From contig CAVSCG010000027.1 in the NCBI GenBank assembly GCA_963726395.1, positions 26,328 to 90,327 on the forward strand: 64,000 nt of DNA. The letters run 5' to 3'. The position numbers were made by a program, and so were the translations under genes. The DNA comes from an uncultured delta proteobacterium. Lineage in GTDB: Bacteria > Desulfobacterota > Syntrophia > Syntrophales > Smithellaceae. The first letter of the stretch is position 1; the number at the start of each line of letters is the position of its first letter. The notes under the pieces are model-generated. The model ran no database searches. It was not told where the DNA came from and worked only from the letters and a program-made list of their open reading frames with translations. Below are positions 1-9,583 of the stretch, piece after piece.

Positions 1-639
1 CTGCCGGAAAAGATTCGCAAGATGGAAGAAGCTTTTCAGGTCTATAAGGAAAACATTGAACTCAATAAAAGAAAGTATGATGCACTCAAAGCAAAGCACG
101 GCGAATCCGAAGCCCAGGTCAAAAAACTCAATGACGGTATGATAAAAACTAAGGAAAGACTGCTGGAGGTAAAGAACAATAAAGAATATCAGGCGATGCT
201 CAAGGAAATTGAAACGGCCGAGAAGACGCGTGGCAACCTCGAATCCCAGATCATCGCACTCATGGAAGAAATGGATAAACTCTCCATACTCGTGAAAAAG
301 GATGAGGAAACTTTACTGCAGGCAACTGTCAAGCACGAAGAGGAAAAGAAAATTGTCGAGGATGATCTGAACGCTGTTGACGCGGATACGGTTAGTTGGA
401 CCGAGAAACGAGTTGGCCTGCAAAATGTTATTCCCTCAGACCTCATGGCCCGATACGAAAGAGTAAAAAAGCGCAATAAAGGTGTCGGTGTGATTCCCGT
501 CTGGAAAGCCGTTTGCAGCGGCTGCCATATGAATATTCCGCCGCAGCTGTACAACGAACTTCAGCGTTCCAATGATCTGCTGAGTTGTCCCAACTGTAAC
601 CGGATCATGTATTTTCAAAATCAGGAAAAGTCCGCATAG
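1..639 (+). CDS. Zinc-ribbon/coiled-coil protein of the COG1579 (DUF164) type, 5' partial
   Basis: The frame is open to the window edge upstream of the Met at 22. It has a long K/E-rich coiled-coil region and a C-terminal CSGC...CPNC zinc ribbon. Confidence 0.7.
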   Translation: MPEKIRKMEEAFQVYKENIELNKRKYDALKAKHGESEAQVKKLNDGMIKTKERLLEVKNNKEYQAMLKEIETAEKTRGNLESQIIALMEEMDKLSILVKKDEETLLQATVKHEEEKKIVEDDLNAVDADTVSWTEKRVGLQNVIPSDLMARYERVKKRNKGVGVIPVWKAVCSGCHMNIPPQLYNELQRSNDLLSCPNCNRIMYFQNQEKSA

Positions 640-645
640 TCTTTT

Positions 646-1065
646 ATGGAAAATAAAACAGTGAAGTTATTCAGTGACGGTGCCTGCCGAGGCAATCCCG
701 GTATGGGGGGCGCCGGCGCAGTGATAACCGATGAAGCTGATAATATTCTTTGGGAAGAGAAGGAATATTTAGGTCACTGTACAAATAATATCGCCGAATA
801 TAAGGCCCTGATTCTGGGATTAAAAGGCGCACTGGCGCAGGGATTCAATCAACTGGATGTTTATCTGGATTCGGAATTGCTGGCCAACCAGATTAATGGT
901 TCCTACAAAGTTAAAAATGAGAATCTGAAAATCTTAATGCAGGAAGTCCGCGGCCTGCTTTCTTCTTTTAAATCGGTTCAGGTAAAGCATGTATTGCGCT
1001 GTCAAAATACACAGGCGGATAAAATGGCCAATCTGGCCATCGATACGAATCAGAAGATTCCTTGA
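646..1065 (+). CDS. rnhA: Ribonuclease HI
   Basis: N-terminal FSDGACRGNPGMGGAG motif typical of type 1 RNase H. The 139-aa size fits. Confidence 0.85.
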   Translation: MENKTVKLFSDGACRGNPGMGGAGAVITDEADNILWEEKEYLGHCTNNIAEYKALILGLKGALAQGFNQLDVYLDSELLANQINGSYKVKNENLKILMQEVRGLLSSFKSVQVKHVLRCQNTQADKMANLAIDTNQKIP

Positions 1066-1102
1066 AAGAAATTCAAATCAATTGTAGACTACTTTCTAGG
1101 CC

Positions 1103-1475
1103 GGAGAAGGTCAGATGATCGCGGGCAGAGTTTCTCTGCCGGAGGAAAGTCCGAGCTCCGCAGGGCAGGATGGTCGCTAACGGCGACTGGGGGCGACCCT
1201 AAGGAAAGTGCCACAGAAAATATACCGCCCGGACGAAAGTTCAGGGTAAGGGTGAAAAGGCGAGGTAAGAGCTCACCGCTTTTCCGGCGACGGAAAAGGC
1301 ATGGTAAACCCCATCCGGAGCAAGACCAAATAGGAGAACGTTTAAGGGCGGCCCGTCTGATGTTCTCGGGTAGTGTCGCTAGAGGCGGCAGGCAACTGCC
1401 GTCCCAGATGAATGATCATCGCCGCGTTTTGGGCAACCGAAGCGTGGAACAGAACTCGGCTTATGACCTTCTCTT
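1103..1475 (+). ncRNA. rnpB: RNase P RNA, bacterial type A
   Basis: Hallmark GGAGGAAAGTCCGAGCTCC (P4 5' half) near 1141-1160 and ACAGAACTCGGCTTATGACC near 1450-1469. The 5' GAGAAGGTCA pairs with 3' TGACCTTCTC to form P1. ORFs 1252..1581 and 1342..1614 inside it are spurious. Confidence 0.9.
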
Positions 1476-1495
1476 GTGCCTGTTTAATATAATGT

Positions 1496-1753
1496 TTATA
1501 ACCCCAGTCCTCTTTTCTTTGCCTCCTTATAAAGCCTCCAGATACAGAGACCGATTGCCAGAAAGAAAGAACCCAGCATGAAATTCGGTGTTGTTCCGAG
1601 GATTTCATCCACAAGATAACCGAGATAGAGGAACAGAAATGAGGACGCGACTAATGCGAGCCCCCAGGCTGATAACATTAAAACTCCGCTCAGCTTGCTT
1701 AAACGATTTTTGTCTTCCTCTGGTTTTTTTACCCCTATCAGGTAACCCTTCAT
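1496..1753 (-). CDS. AtpZ/AtpI-like small membrane protein (putative F0F1-ATPase accessory subunit family)
   Basis: Two TM helices with the pattern LGYLVDEILGTTPNFMLGSFFLAIG...RLYKEAKKR, characteristic of the ATPase_gene1 family. Confidence 0.5.
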   Translation of the reverse strand: MKGYLIGVKKPEEDKNRLSKLSGVLMLSAWGLALVASSFLFLYLGYLVDEILGTTPNFMLGSFFLAIGLCIWRLYKEAKKRGLGL

Positions 1754-1837
1754 TTCACTTACTCTACATCAAAATATGAACATAGAAACGCGCTTAGAAA
1801 AATTTTTATGCCTGGCTAGCTGTTACACATGCGTCAT

Positions 1838-2050
1838 TTACTCTACTTGAATAAGACTTATTAATTTTTTTATCAAGTCTAGCCCCGGCTCTGTAAAGAT
1901 CGCTACCAATATGAAGAAGAGGATGAATACGATGATTAATTCAGAGTTTCGTACTTTCGGATATTTTCTTTTTACAATGAGGAGAACGATGGCGCCGGCA
2001 ATCAATGCAACCAAATGCATGAATGGGAAAAAATTAAGAAAAAGTTCCAT
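1838..2050 (-). CDS. Small two-TM membrane protein, unknown function
   Basis: 70-aa hydrophobic ORF with a strong AAGGAGA RBS just upstream of the ATG. Confidence 0.45.
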   Translation of the reverse strand: MELFLNFFPFMHLVALIAGAIVLLIVKRKYPKVRNSELIIVFILFFILVAIFTEPGLDLIKKLISLIQVE

Positions 2051-2140
2051 GGGGCTCTCCTTTTAAATAAGATTGTCATTTATAATTAAGAAAAAACTTA
2101 TAGTTGTCAAGGTAAATAAGAACAGGCAGGCAGGTCAATA

Positions 2141-2175
2141 AAAAAGGCCGAATCGAAATTCGGCCTTTTTTATTT
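2141..2175. terminator. Bidirectional rho-independent terminator
   Basis: AAAAA-GGCCGAAT-cgaa-ATTCGGCC-TTTTTT. An 8-bp perfect stem is flanked by an A-tract and a T-tract, just downstream of the stop of 2189..3505. Confidence 0.75.
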
Positions 2176-2188
2176 TAGTTAAGGTCAA

Positions 2189-3505
2189 TTATTTTTCGTC
2201 ATCATCGTCATCATTGAACACGGATAAATCACCCGCAGAACCTTCTGGAATCTTCGACCGCAAAGAACGGGTAATTCCACGAACCAATATTATCATAATG
2301 AAGAACAGAATAACCATGGCAGCGATAAGGACTAGGATGACCGTCGCAGTCCATGCTTTCGATTCCTTTTCAATATTTTGCGATACCTTCTGTGCCGCTT
2401 CGTTATATTTTTCAACTTCCAACCCTAGGCCTATCCAGCCAAAACCGGCAGGTTCGGGAAGGTTTGACGCATAAAACTTAATCGGCGCATAGGCGACGAA
2501 CTTGGTGTTCCCGGAAAATTTGTACATAAAAATCCCTGATTTTCCTGTTGCTGCCTCTTTCGCAATATTAAATATATTGGGATCCAGAAAGCCCAACTGG
2601 AACATGTTCAATGCTTCTGCGCCTTTCTTTGCTAGTTCTGTTGCGTTCTGAGCCGAAAGAGTTGGAACAGGTGTTCCGTCATGGTTGAGTCCAACAATAT
2701 GAAAATCACTAGGATGGGAAACGACAAAACCGCGATGGTCAACCATATAAGCGTAATTACCACTAGAAGCATTTGTCTCAAATACCTGTGTCGCCTGCGT
2801 AGGAACCAGTTGATCGGTGAACTGGGCTAGGTGACGATAGTCCAGAGACAGCACAACTATACCCGCGAAGCCATCTTGATTGAATACCGGTGTTGCAAAA
2901 CGGACAACTCCTGAAAATCTTTGTCCCTTTTCAAATGCCGCTTTGTCCACATACCAGCCGGTCACCGGAGATACGTATATTTCGCCTTTATTCAGTTTTT
3001 TTGTTTTAGCAAAATAATCTTCTGTTTTATAGGTTGTATTGGCCGGATCGCTGACATTAACCAGTCTTTTCGCCGGCACCGCCTGACCATCAACGACTTT
3101 AATTTGTTCTTTGCCGTTTTTGTCAAGCAGAACCATCTCTTTGTATAGCGGGACCAATACCTGCTTGATCTTACCATCACTGCTCACCCAGAGCGGTTTT
3201 TGATTTTCAGAAATAAACTGTTTGTAAACAGTTTCTGTTGAGGGAATGATTGTTGCGACTTGTAAATCCTTTTTGCATTCATTGAGCAAACCAGCAACTA
3301 CATTTGCTGTATTAACGGCTCTCGCTTTTATATCTTCCTGAGATTTACTATCGAGAACGTTAACAGTCCTCTCTTTTATAGTAACCCCCAATTTAAACAT
3401 GCCGTTAGCGATTAAAAACGCCATCAGTGATAAGGGGATTACAATAAGCAGGAAGAATACACCTGCAACAGGTAATGATTTCTTATCCTTTTTAGCTTCT
3501 GACAT
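2189..3505 (-). CDS. Membrane-anchored Cache-like extracytoplasmic sensor-domain protein without a recognisable output domain
   Basis: N-terminal TM, about 340-aa periplasmic region with a Cache-like pattern, second TM, and a short acidic tail (DDDDDEK). AGGGGGA RBS. Confidence 0.65.
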   Translation of the reverse strand: MSEAKKDKKSLPVAGVFFLLIVIPLSLMAFLIANGMFKLGVTIKERTVNVLDSKSQEDIKARAVNTANVVAGLLNECKKDLQVATIIPSTETVYKQFISENQKPLWVSSDGKIKQVLVPLYKEMVLLDKNGKEQIKVVDGQAVPAKRLVNVSDPANTTYKTEDYFAKTKKLNKGEIYVSPVTGWYVDKAAFEKGQRFSGVVRFATPVFNQDGFAGIVVLSLDYRHLAQFTDQLVPTQATQVFETNASSGNYAYMVDHRGFVVSHPSDFHIVGLNHDGTPVPTLSAQNATELAKKGAEALNMFQLGFLDPNIFNIAKEAATGKSGIFMYKFSGNTKFVAYAPIKFYASNLPEPAGFGWIGLGLEVEKYNEAAQKVSQNIEKESKAWTATVILVLIAAMVILFFIMIILVRGITRSLRSKIPEGSAGDLSVFNDDDDDEK

Positions 3506-3555
3506 TATGAGTTCCCCCTAATCTTTCTTAATTTTAAAGTTAATTTATTTAAGCA

Positions 3556-3933
3556 TTAACCCAAAAAGAAAGCCTTAAAGGGGTTGGCGTACAATAAGAT
3601 CAGAGCAATAACCAGAGCGTAAATGGCGATAGATTCAGCCATGGCCATACCAACGAGCATAACCATCATGATCTTGCCTTGAACGCCGGGGTTTCTTCCC
3701 ACTGCCTGACAAGCACCGTTTGCAGCATTACCAATGCCCGCGCCAGCGCCGATTGCACCTAGACCGATGGCAAGGCCGGCGCCTATCATTGCGCCTACAG
3801 CAAAAATGACTTTAATGTAGGACTCGCCGCCAACCGGGATAGCATCCGCCGCAAAAGCAAGGTGGCTCGACAACAGCAGGGCCGCTACTGATGTGAAAAC
3901 TGTTAAAAATGTTTTTCCAAAATTGTGTGACAT
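3556..3933 (-). CDS. atpE: F-type ATP synthase subunit c with a signal-peptide-like N-terminal extension
   Basis: GxGxGxG helix 1, GRNPG loop, and MAMAESIAIYALVIALILLYANPF helix 2 with the conserved carboxylate. AAGGAG RBS. The N-terminal 30 aa end in AFA-AD. Confidence 0.85.
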   Translation of the reverse strand: MSHNFGKTFLTVFTSVAALLLSSHLAFAADAIPVGGESYIKVIFAVGAMIGAGLAIGLGAIGAGAGIGNAANGACQAVGRNPGVQGKIMMVMLVGMAMAESIAIYALVIALILLYANPFKAFFLG

Positions 3934-4438
3934 TATTTGACTCCTTTCCTAACATGTTATTTATTATTATTCCTATTATTGCATAGCATATTTTTCTTGC
4001 CACGCAAAGAGGAATTAACATCAATGTCGATCGGCTCGACCTTAATGCACGAGATATGCCATGTCTTCAATCATTAAAGCTTATTTTTAAAAACTGGATT
4101 GAGGAAATCCAGAAATCAAAAAAAAAGCACCTAATTTGTTGAGATTCCTTTAATTCATTTTTCTGCGATGGCGTGAAAAAAAATAAAAAAGAAGAATGTT
4201 CTGCTTCAACAGAACAGGATTTAATTTAAAAATTAAAAAGTGATTTAATGTTTTGTTCAATCGCCTGATATAAAACATTCAACCAAACAGATGCCGACAG
4301 AAATAAATTTTCATTCTATTAAACCGGAACAAATCGTTTTTATATTTCTGTTGAAATTTTGCGGCAATGTCGTTACGATCAAAAATAAGTCGCAACGAAG
4401 TTACAAAATATTAAGAAGTCACTTTACAAGGGATCATC

Positions 4439-4618
4439 ATGCAAGAAATTTTAACCGTCATTGCTTATCCGATCGTCTGGATTATCTGTGCTTATCTTTT
4501 AAATATTGAAAGTGGTCTGGCAAAGCTGCTGATTTCACTGACAGCAGCAATCCTGGTTTATGTTTTAATCGGTATCAAACTCGCTCAAAACGAAAATGAT
4601 AAGGAAAATAAATATTAA
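4439..4618 (+). CDS. 59-aa hydrophobic small protein abutting the kinase gene
   Basis: An ATG ORF (MQEILTVIAYPIVWIICAYLL...) below the ORF-track length cutoff. Its TAA at 4616-4618 is immediately followed by the kinase GTG at 4619. Confidence 0.3.
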   Translation: MQEILTVIAYPIVWIICAYLLNIESGLAKLLISLTAAILVYVLIGIKLAQNENDKENKY

Positions 4619-7198
4619 GTGACTTTGCTCAGAAAGGCATACAAGCTTCTGTATCAAGCATTGAGAGTACGTATCTGGTTGGCCAGCATCGTTGTTATTC
4701 TCCTTATTCTCCTGCTGGCTTGGACGGTCAACAATGCACGTGAAAAAGAGATGGCTAATTTATTCAGCCGCCAACAACTGGCATCCGCTCAAAACGCGTC
4801 GGTGCGATTGACGGAGATTTTTTCACAGGTTGAAAGGAATATTGTTTTATTTTCCCACCTTGATCCCAACGGGAAAAAACTGACGCAGGACGATCATCGC
4901 GAACTTGAGGTGATTTATTCCGTTTGGGGAAAAACGATCGACGCGGTGATGGTCTTTGACGCCGATAATAAAATAAGGCACATTTTGCCCGAGGGCGCCC
5001 TTCCCGCTGTTAATCTAACCAGCCATTTTCAAGCATTGAAACTTCACGGGAGACAGTACCTAAACATAGTTCCATCAGACAACCTTCCAAAAGATTCTAT
5101 TGCTCAAACCAAAAACCGTTATTTAATCTGGGGCTATCCTATCTGGCGCGAGAATAATATTTTCAACGGTGCGTGGATGGTGTCTTTTTCACTGGCTGAA
5201 TTAGTTAATACGTGTGAAAAGCAAATCAAAGACAATCAACTGGGAGACTTGTGGTTGGTGAATGAACAGGGACGGATATTAATGCATCCCTATTCGCCTT
5301 TTATCGGTAAGAACACCAGTGATCTGGTGCAAGATGACCACGGAAACACGATCATATTCTCACCAGAGGGTGGCAGACTCCTGAGTGCAAAAGTTTTGCA
5401 GCGCGACAACAAGATACAAAAAAGCGTAATTGCGTACTACCCAATTCAGATTGCCGGAAACAGATGGTTTGTCATGGTGAAGGCACGTTACAGCAGCATC
5501 ATAGCTCCCGTGCGCACCACATTTGTTTATACCATGTTCAGTGCATTCGTGCTGATTTTAGGCTTGGTTATTGTCGGCATCTATTTTGCTTTCCGTGAAG
5601 GTAAAAGATTACGGATGCGAGAAGAGCAGGAAAGACTCAAAGAGCGAGGAGACTGGCGCGAAAAGCTGCTGAGAGAAAAGAAAACAATTGACGGCATAAT
5701 TGAGGGATCTCCCATCCCCAGTTTTGTCATTAATAGAGAACATCAAGTCATTTTATGGAACCGCGCCTGCATGGAACTTACCGGTTATTCAGCGGATGAT
5801 ATGGTTGGTACGGACCGACATTATTTTCCTTTTTATTCCGTCACCAGACCCATGATTGCCGATTTGATTGTTGATAATGATATAGAAGGCCTGAGTAAAT
5901 ACTATGGCAGCAAAAAGGTCAAAAAATCTGAGAAGGTGATTGGGGCCTATGAAGCAACGGATTATTTTGAAAACCTTGGTGGTCAAAGCCGTTACCTGTA
6001 TTTCCTGGCGGCACCTATTTATGATGAAGAGGGCAGTATTATTGCGGCCATTGAAACCCTGCAGGATGCATCAAGGGAAGAAGAGCTTACCCGCTCGCTG
6101 AGGGAGTATGCGGAAACGCTGCAAAACGAGTTAGCTGAAAATATCGAACTAAGACGGGAGATTGAAGATGTTTATAATTATTTACAATCGATTGTGAAGA
6201 GTCTGCCGGATAAAATTTATGAGTTGGATAAAGACGGTATTGTTAATTTCGTCAGCCGGAGCAAAAAAATAGAAGGCGGTCGATTACAGCGTGAACTCAA
6301 AGGCAGAAATTTTATGGAGTTTGTGGCACCTGAGGATGAAAGTTTTGTGATGTCCAAGTGGGAAGATGCCAAGAAGGGCATTTACACGCCTTATGAAATT
6401 GAAACCACATCGAAAGACGGCCGTAAAATAAATTTTCTGATTACCGCATCTCCAGTTATTGGTACAGATCATTATATTCTGGTACAGCGCGATATTACGG
6501 AATTTAAAAATCTGGAAAAGAAACTCTATAACAGCCAGAAACTGGCGGCATTGGGGCAACTTTCAGCCGGTATCGCCCATGAGGTACGCAATCCTCTGTC
6601 ATCTATTAAGATGAGTTTGCAGATCTTGGAAAAACGGATGAATCCGGAAGGCAATGATCTCAAAAGATTTAAAATCGCACAAAAAGAAGTTGAACACCTC
6701 GAAGAACTGGTTAATAATGTGTTGGTATTTGCCAAACCAGTGGATCCCAAAATGGTCGCTGTCGATCTCATAAAAGTGTTGGAACAGGCCATTGCTCTGT
6801 CGGAAAAAGTCATTCACGATAAACAGGTCAGCATTAAACTGGAAGCACAGGAGATTCCTCAGTGCAACGTGGATGTGGCGATGATTACGGATGCTTTTTT
6901 AAATATTATCCGAAACGCAGCCGAAGCTGCGGATGAAAAAGGTTTCATTCGCATTTTTGCCCGCAGTATTGGCAGTCAACCGCCTGCCGTGCTGGTTGTT
7001 GTAGAGGACAACGGTTGCGGGATTGATGAGGCAGACATGCCTCATCTGTTTAATCCGTTTTTTACCAAGAAAAAATACGGCACAGGCCTTGGACTTTCAC
7101 AGGTATCCAAAATTGTGGAATTGCATCAGGGGAAAATAGAAATTATCAGTGAAAAGGATAAAGGAACGAAGGTTTGTGTTACATTGCCCTGTGATTAA
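4619..7198 (+). CDS. Sensor histidine kinase (TM, periplasmic Cache-like, PAS x2, HisKA, HATPase_c)
   Basis: H-box AHEVRNPL, DNGCGI and GTGLGLS ATPase boxes, two TM segments flanking a roughly 270-aa extracytoplasmic domain, and PAS-like segments. Confidence 0.9.
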   Translation: MTLLRKAYKLLYQALRVRIWLASIVVILLILLLAWTVNNAREKEMANLFSRQQLASAQNASVRLTEIFSQVERNIVLFSHLDPNGKKLTQDDHRELEVIYSVWGKTIDAVMVFDADNKIRHILPEGALPAVNLTSHFQALKLHGRQYLNIVPSDNLPKDSIAQTKNRYLIWGYPIWRENNIFNGAWMVSFSLAELVNTCEKQIKDNQLGDLWLVNEQGRILMHPYSPFIGKNTSDLVQDDHGNTIIFSPEGGRLLSAKVLQRDNKIQKSVIAYYPIQIAGNRWFVMVKARYSSIIAPVRTTFVYTMFSAFVLILGLVIVGIYFAFREGKRLRMREEQERLKERGDWREKLLREKKTIDGIIEGSPIPSFVINREHQVILWNRACMELTGYSADDMVGTDRHYFPFYSVTRPMIADLIVDNDIEGLSKYYGSKKVKKSEKVIGAYEATDYFENLGGQSRYLYFLAAPIYDEEGSIIAAIETLQDASREEELTRSLREYAETLQNELAENIELRREIEDVYNYLQSIVKSLPDKIYELDKDGIVNFVSRSKKIEGGRLQRELKGRNFMEFVAPEDESFVMSKWEDAKKGIYTPYEIETTSKDGRKINFLITASPVIGTDHYILVQRDITEFKNLEKKLYNSQKLAALGQLSAGIAHEVRNPLSSIKMSLQILEKRMNPEGNDLKRFKIAQKEVEHLEELVNNVLVFAKPVDPKMVAVDLIKVLEQAIALSEKVIHDKQVSIKLEAQEIPQCNVDVAMITDAFLNIIRNAAEAADEKGFIRIFARSIGSQPPAVLVVVEDNGCGIDEADMPHLFNPFFTKKKYGTGLGLSQVSKIVELHQGKIEIISEKDKGTKVCVTLPCD

Positions 7199-7263
7199 AG
7201 GCATCGCGTCACAGAAGATAGAAAACTCTAAAAACGGATCATGAAGATTAGGAAATCCGTTGA

Positions 7264-8667
7264 ATGGCGAAGGTTACGATTATGGCGAGTATTCTGGTTA
7301 TTGATGATGATGAATCGATTGTGGAAACGCTGGATTTGTATTTAACGGAGGAGGGATACACCGTCAGGACAGCCCTGACTGGTACCGATGGCTTGAATCA
7401 ATACGTGCAGGAACCATCGGATGTGGTCATTCTGGATATCCGCCTGCCGGATGTGGATGGGTTTTCCGTTCTGGAAGATCTGAAGGAAGAAAATGAAAAT
7501 GTCAAAGTGATCATGATTACCGCCTTCCATGATATGGAAACAACTATCAATGCCATGAAGTGCGGCGCTTTCGATTATATCCATAAGCCGGTCAATGTTG
7601 ATGAGCTGGATCTGGCGATTAAGAAGGCATTGAAATCCCTTGAGATGGAGAAAAAGATTGACGGCCTTCTCATGGAGCCGTCACGCAATTTCCGGGTGGG
7701 TGATATCATTGGCACTGGCAATGAAATGCGGGAAATTTTCAAGACGATCGGCACGGTCTCCAAAAGCCGCACGACGGTACTCATTCAAGGTGAGAGCGGT
7801 ACAGGTAAAGAATTAATTGCCAAGGTTGTTCATAATAATACCTCTCCCGATGAACCGTTTATTGCTGTGAACTGTTCTGCCATTGTCGAGACGCTCTTAG
7901 AATCGGAATTATTCGGCCATGAAAAGGGTTCCTTTACCGGGGCTGTTGCCCGTAAACTGGGCAAATTTGAACTGGCGCGCTTCGGCACGGTATTTCTGGA
8001 TGAAATAAGTGAAATGTCCGTTAATTTACAAGCCAAACTCCTTCGTGTTTTGCAGGAAATGGAATTCGAACGCGTCGGGGGCAAGGACCATGTGAAGGTG
8101 CATGCACGCATCATGGCCGCGACCAATAAAGATTTAAAATTGATGGTCAAAGAGGGCAAATTCCGGGATGACTTGTATTACCGCTTAAATATTGTTGCCA
8201 TTAACCTGCCACCGTTGCGTACGCGTCGCCAGGATATCCCGCATCTGATTGACTATTTGTTGTCGAAGATTAACCTGGATCTGCATAAAAAAATTGTCGG
8301 TGTTTCCGGTGAAATGATGGAAAAGTTCATGACCTATTCCTGGCCGGGTAATATTCGCGAACTGGAGAATCTGCTGGTGAGGGCTTGTGTCGTTGCCAAA
8401 GGCCAGGTTTTGGGCGTCGGTGATTTTCCGGAGTTGGGCAAGGATGATCCATCCATTGTGGTGCGAAAGGATGAAACCACGGATGTATTTATGCCGGACC
8501 AGCTGGGTAAATTTTTAACCCTCGATCAGGTTGAAGAACGTTACATTCGTAAAATCATTAAAGAAACAGAAAAAAATAAAGGTGAAATTTGTGAAACACT
8601 CGGCATTTCCCGACCCACCTTCGAGCGAAAACTTGAAAAATACGGGATAACTTTTGAACGGGAATAA
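7264..8667 (+). CDS. Sigma-54-dependent response regulator (NtrC family)
   Basis: REC domain (VLVIDDD...D), AAA+ GESGTGKE Walker A, GSFTGA (GAFTGA variant), and a C-terminal Fis-type HTH (ETLGISRPTFERKL). Confidence 0.9.
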   Translation: MAKVTIMASILVIDDDESIVETLDLYLTEEGYTVRTALTGTDGLNQYVQEPSDVVILDIRLPDVDGFSVLEDLKEENENVKVIMITAFHDMETTINAMKCGAFDYIHKPVNVDELDLAIKKALKSLEMEKKIDGLLMEPSRNFRVGDIIGTGNEMREIFKTIGTVSKSRTTVLIQGESGTGKELIAKVVHNNTSPDEPFIAVNCSAIVETLLESELFGHEKGSFTGAVARKLGKFELARFGTVFLDEISEMSVNLQAKLLRVLQEMEFERVGGKDHVKVHARIMAATNKDLKLMVKEGKFRDDLYYRLNIVAINLPPLRTRRQDIPHLIDYLLSKINLDLHKKIVGVSGEMMEKFMTYSWPGNIRELENLLVRACVVAKGQVLGVGDFPELGKDDPSIVVRKDETTDVFMPDQLGKFLTLDQVEERYIRKIIKETEKNKGEICETLGISRPTFERKLEKYGITFERE

Positions 8668-8672
8668 ATAAA

Positions 8673-9272
8673 TTGAAAATTATTAGTGCAGAATTTGTAA
8701 AAAGCGCGGTCTGGCCGCCTCAGTATCCGCCGGCTACAATGCCGGAAATTGCCTTTGTGGGACGCTCCAATGTCGGGAAATCATCCTTGATGAATACACT
8801 GGTCGGCCGGAGAAAACTGGCCAAAACCAGCAACACGCCTGGGCGTACCCAGTTAATCAATTTTTTTACCGTCAATGATTCCATGTCATTTGTCGATCTG
8901 CCGGGTTATGGTTTTGCCAAAGTAGCCCGGTCCGTAAAAAAAGATTGGGGAGACATGATGGAAGCTTATCTGCGCGAACGGCAAAATCTTGCGATGGTCA
9001 TTTTTATTCTGGATATCCGCCGCGATCCCAGTGAGGATGATTTATCTCTGCGCGACTGGCTGGAACATTATCGTATTCCCTATATATCTATCTTAACCAA
9101 ATCCGATAAATTGTCTAATAATCAGGCTATTGGAAGAAGGAAACTCATCGAGAAATCGTTGGGTACACACGCTCAGAAAAAAACAATTCTTTTCTCCGCA
9201 AAAACACAAAAGGGAAAGGAAGAGCTTTGGCAATTTCTCGAAAATCATCTATCTTCCCTGGGAAACGGTTAG
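8673..9272 (+). CDS. engB: Ribosome-biogenesis GTPase YihA/YsxC
   Basis: GRSNVGKSSL G1, DLPGYG G3 and TKSDK G4 motifs. Size is 199 aa. Confidence 0.85.
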   Translation: MKIISAEFVKSAVWPPQYPPATMPEIAFVGRSNVGKSSLMNTLVGRRKLAKTSNTPGRTQLINFFTVNDSMSFVDLPGYGFAKVARSVKKDWGDMMEAYLRERQNLAMVIFILDIRRDPSEDDLSLRDWLEHYRIPYISILTKSDKLSNNQAIGRRKLIEKSLGTHAQKKTILFSAKTQKGKEELWQFLENHLSSLGNG

Positions 9273-9583
9273 CGCAAAAGTATTTTAATCACCAACGCTT
9301 TTTCGGATCGTCTTCGAGCAACTTAAGGTCTTAAAATTAAGAATAAAATGAGTTGGAATGTCAAGATTTTAAAATAATTTTCTTGGAAATAATGAATACA
9401 TTATGAACGTTGGTCAAATATTTACATGCATTATATTAGATACTTAAATGCTAAAATCCAAATGAATCAATCTTCTGAGCTTGACATGATAAATAAAGTA
9501 TGTTAGCCGACGGACGCTGATCGGACGATGTGTCAGACAGATTTTCACAGGGCTTCTTTATATAAATTACGAGGTGTAATCAC

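Noticed and set aside
1252-1614. ORFs 1252..1581 (+) and 1342..1614 (-)
   Set aside because: They lie inside the RNase P RNA gene, and their translations are Arg/Gly-rich noise.
4089-4217. Two hairpins (CTGGATT-gagga-AATCCAG at 4094-4112 and GTTCTG-cttcaa-CAGAAC at 4199-4216) with T-runs on the minus strand
   Set aside because: They look like minus-strand terminators, but no minus-strand gene lies upstream of them. They sit in an AT-rich divergent promoter region, so the evidence is too weak to call a terminator or sRNA.
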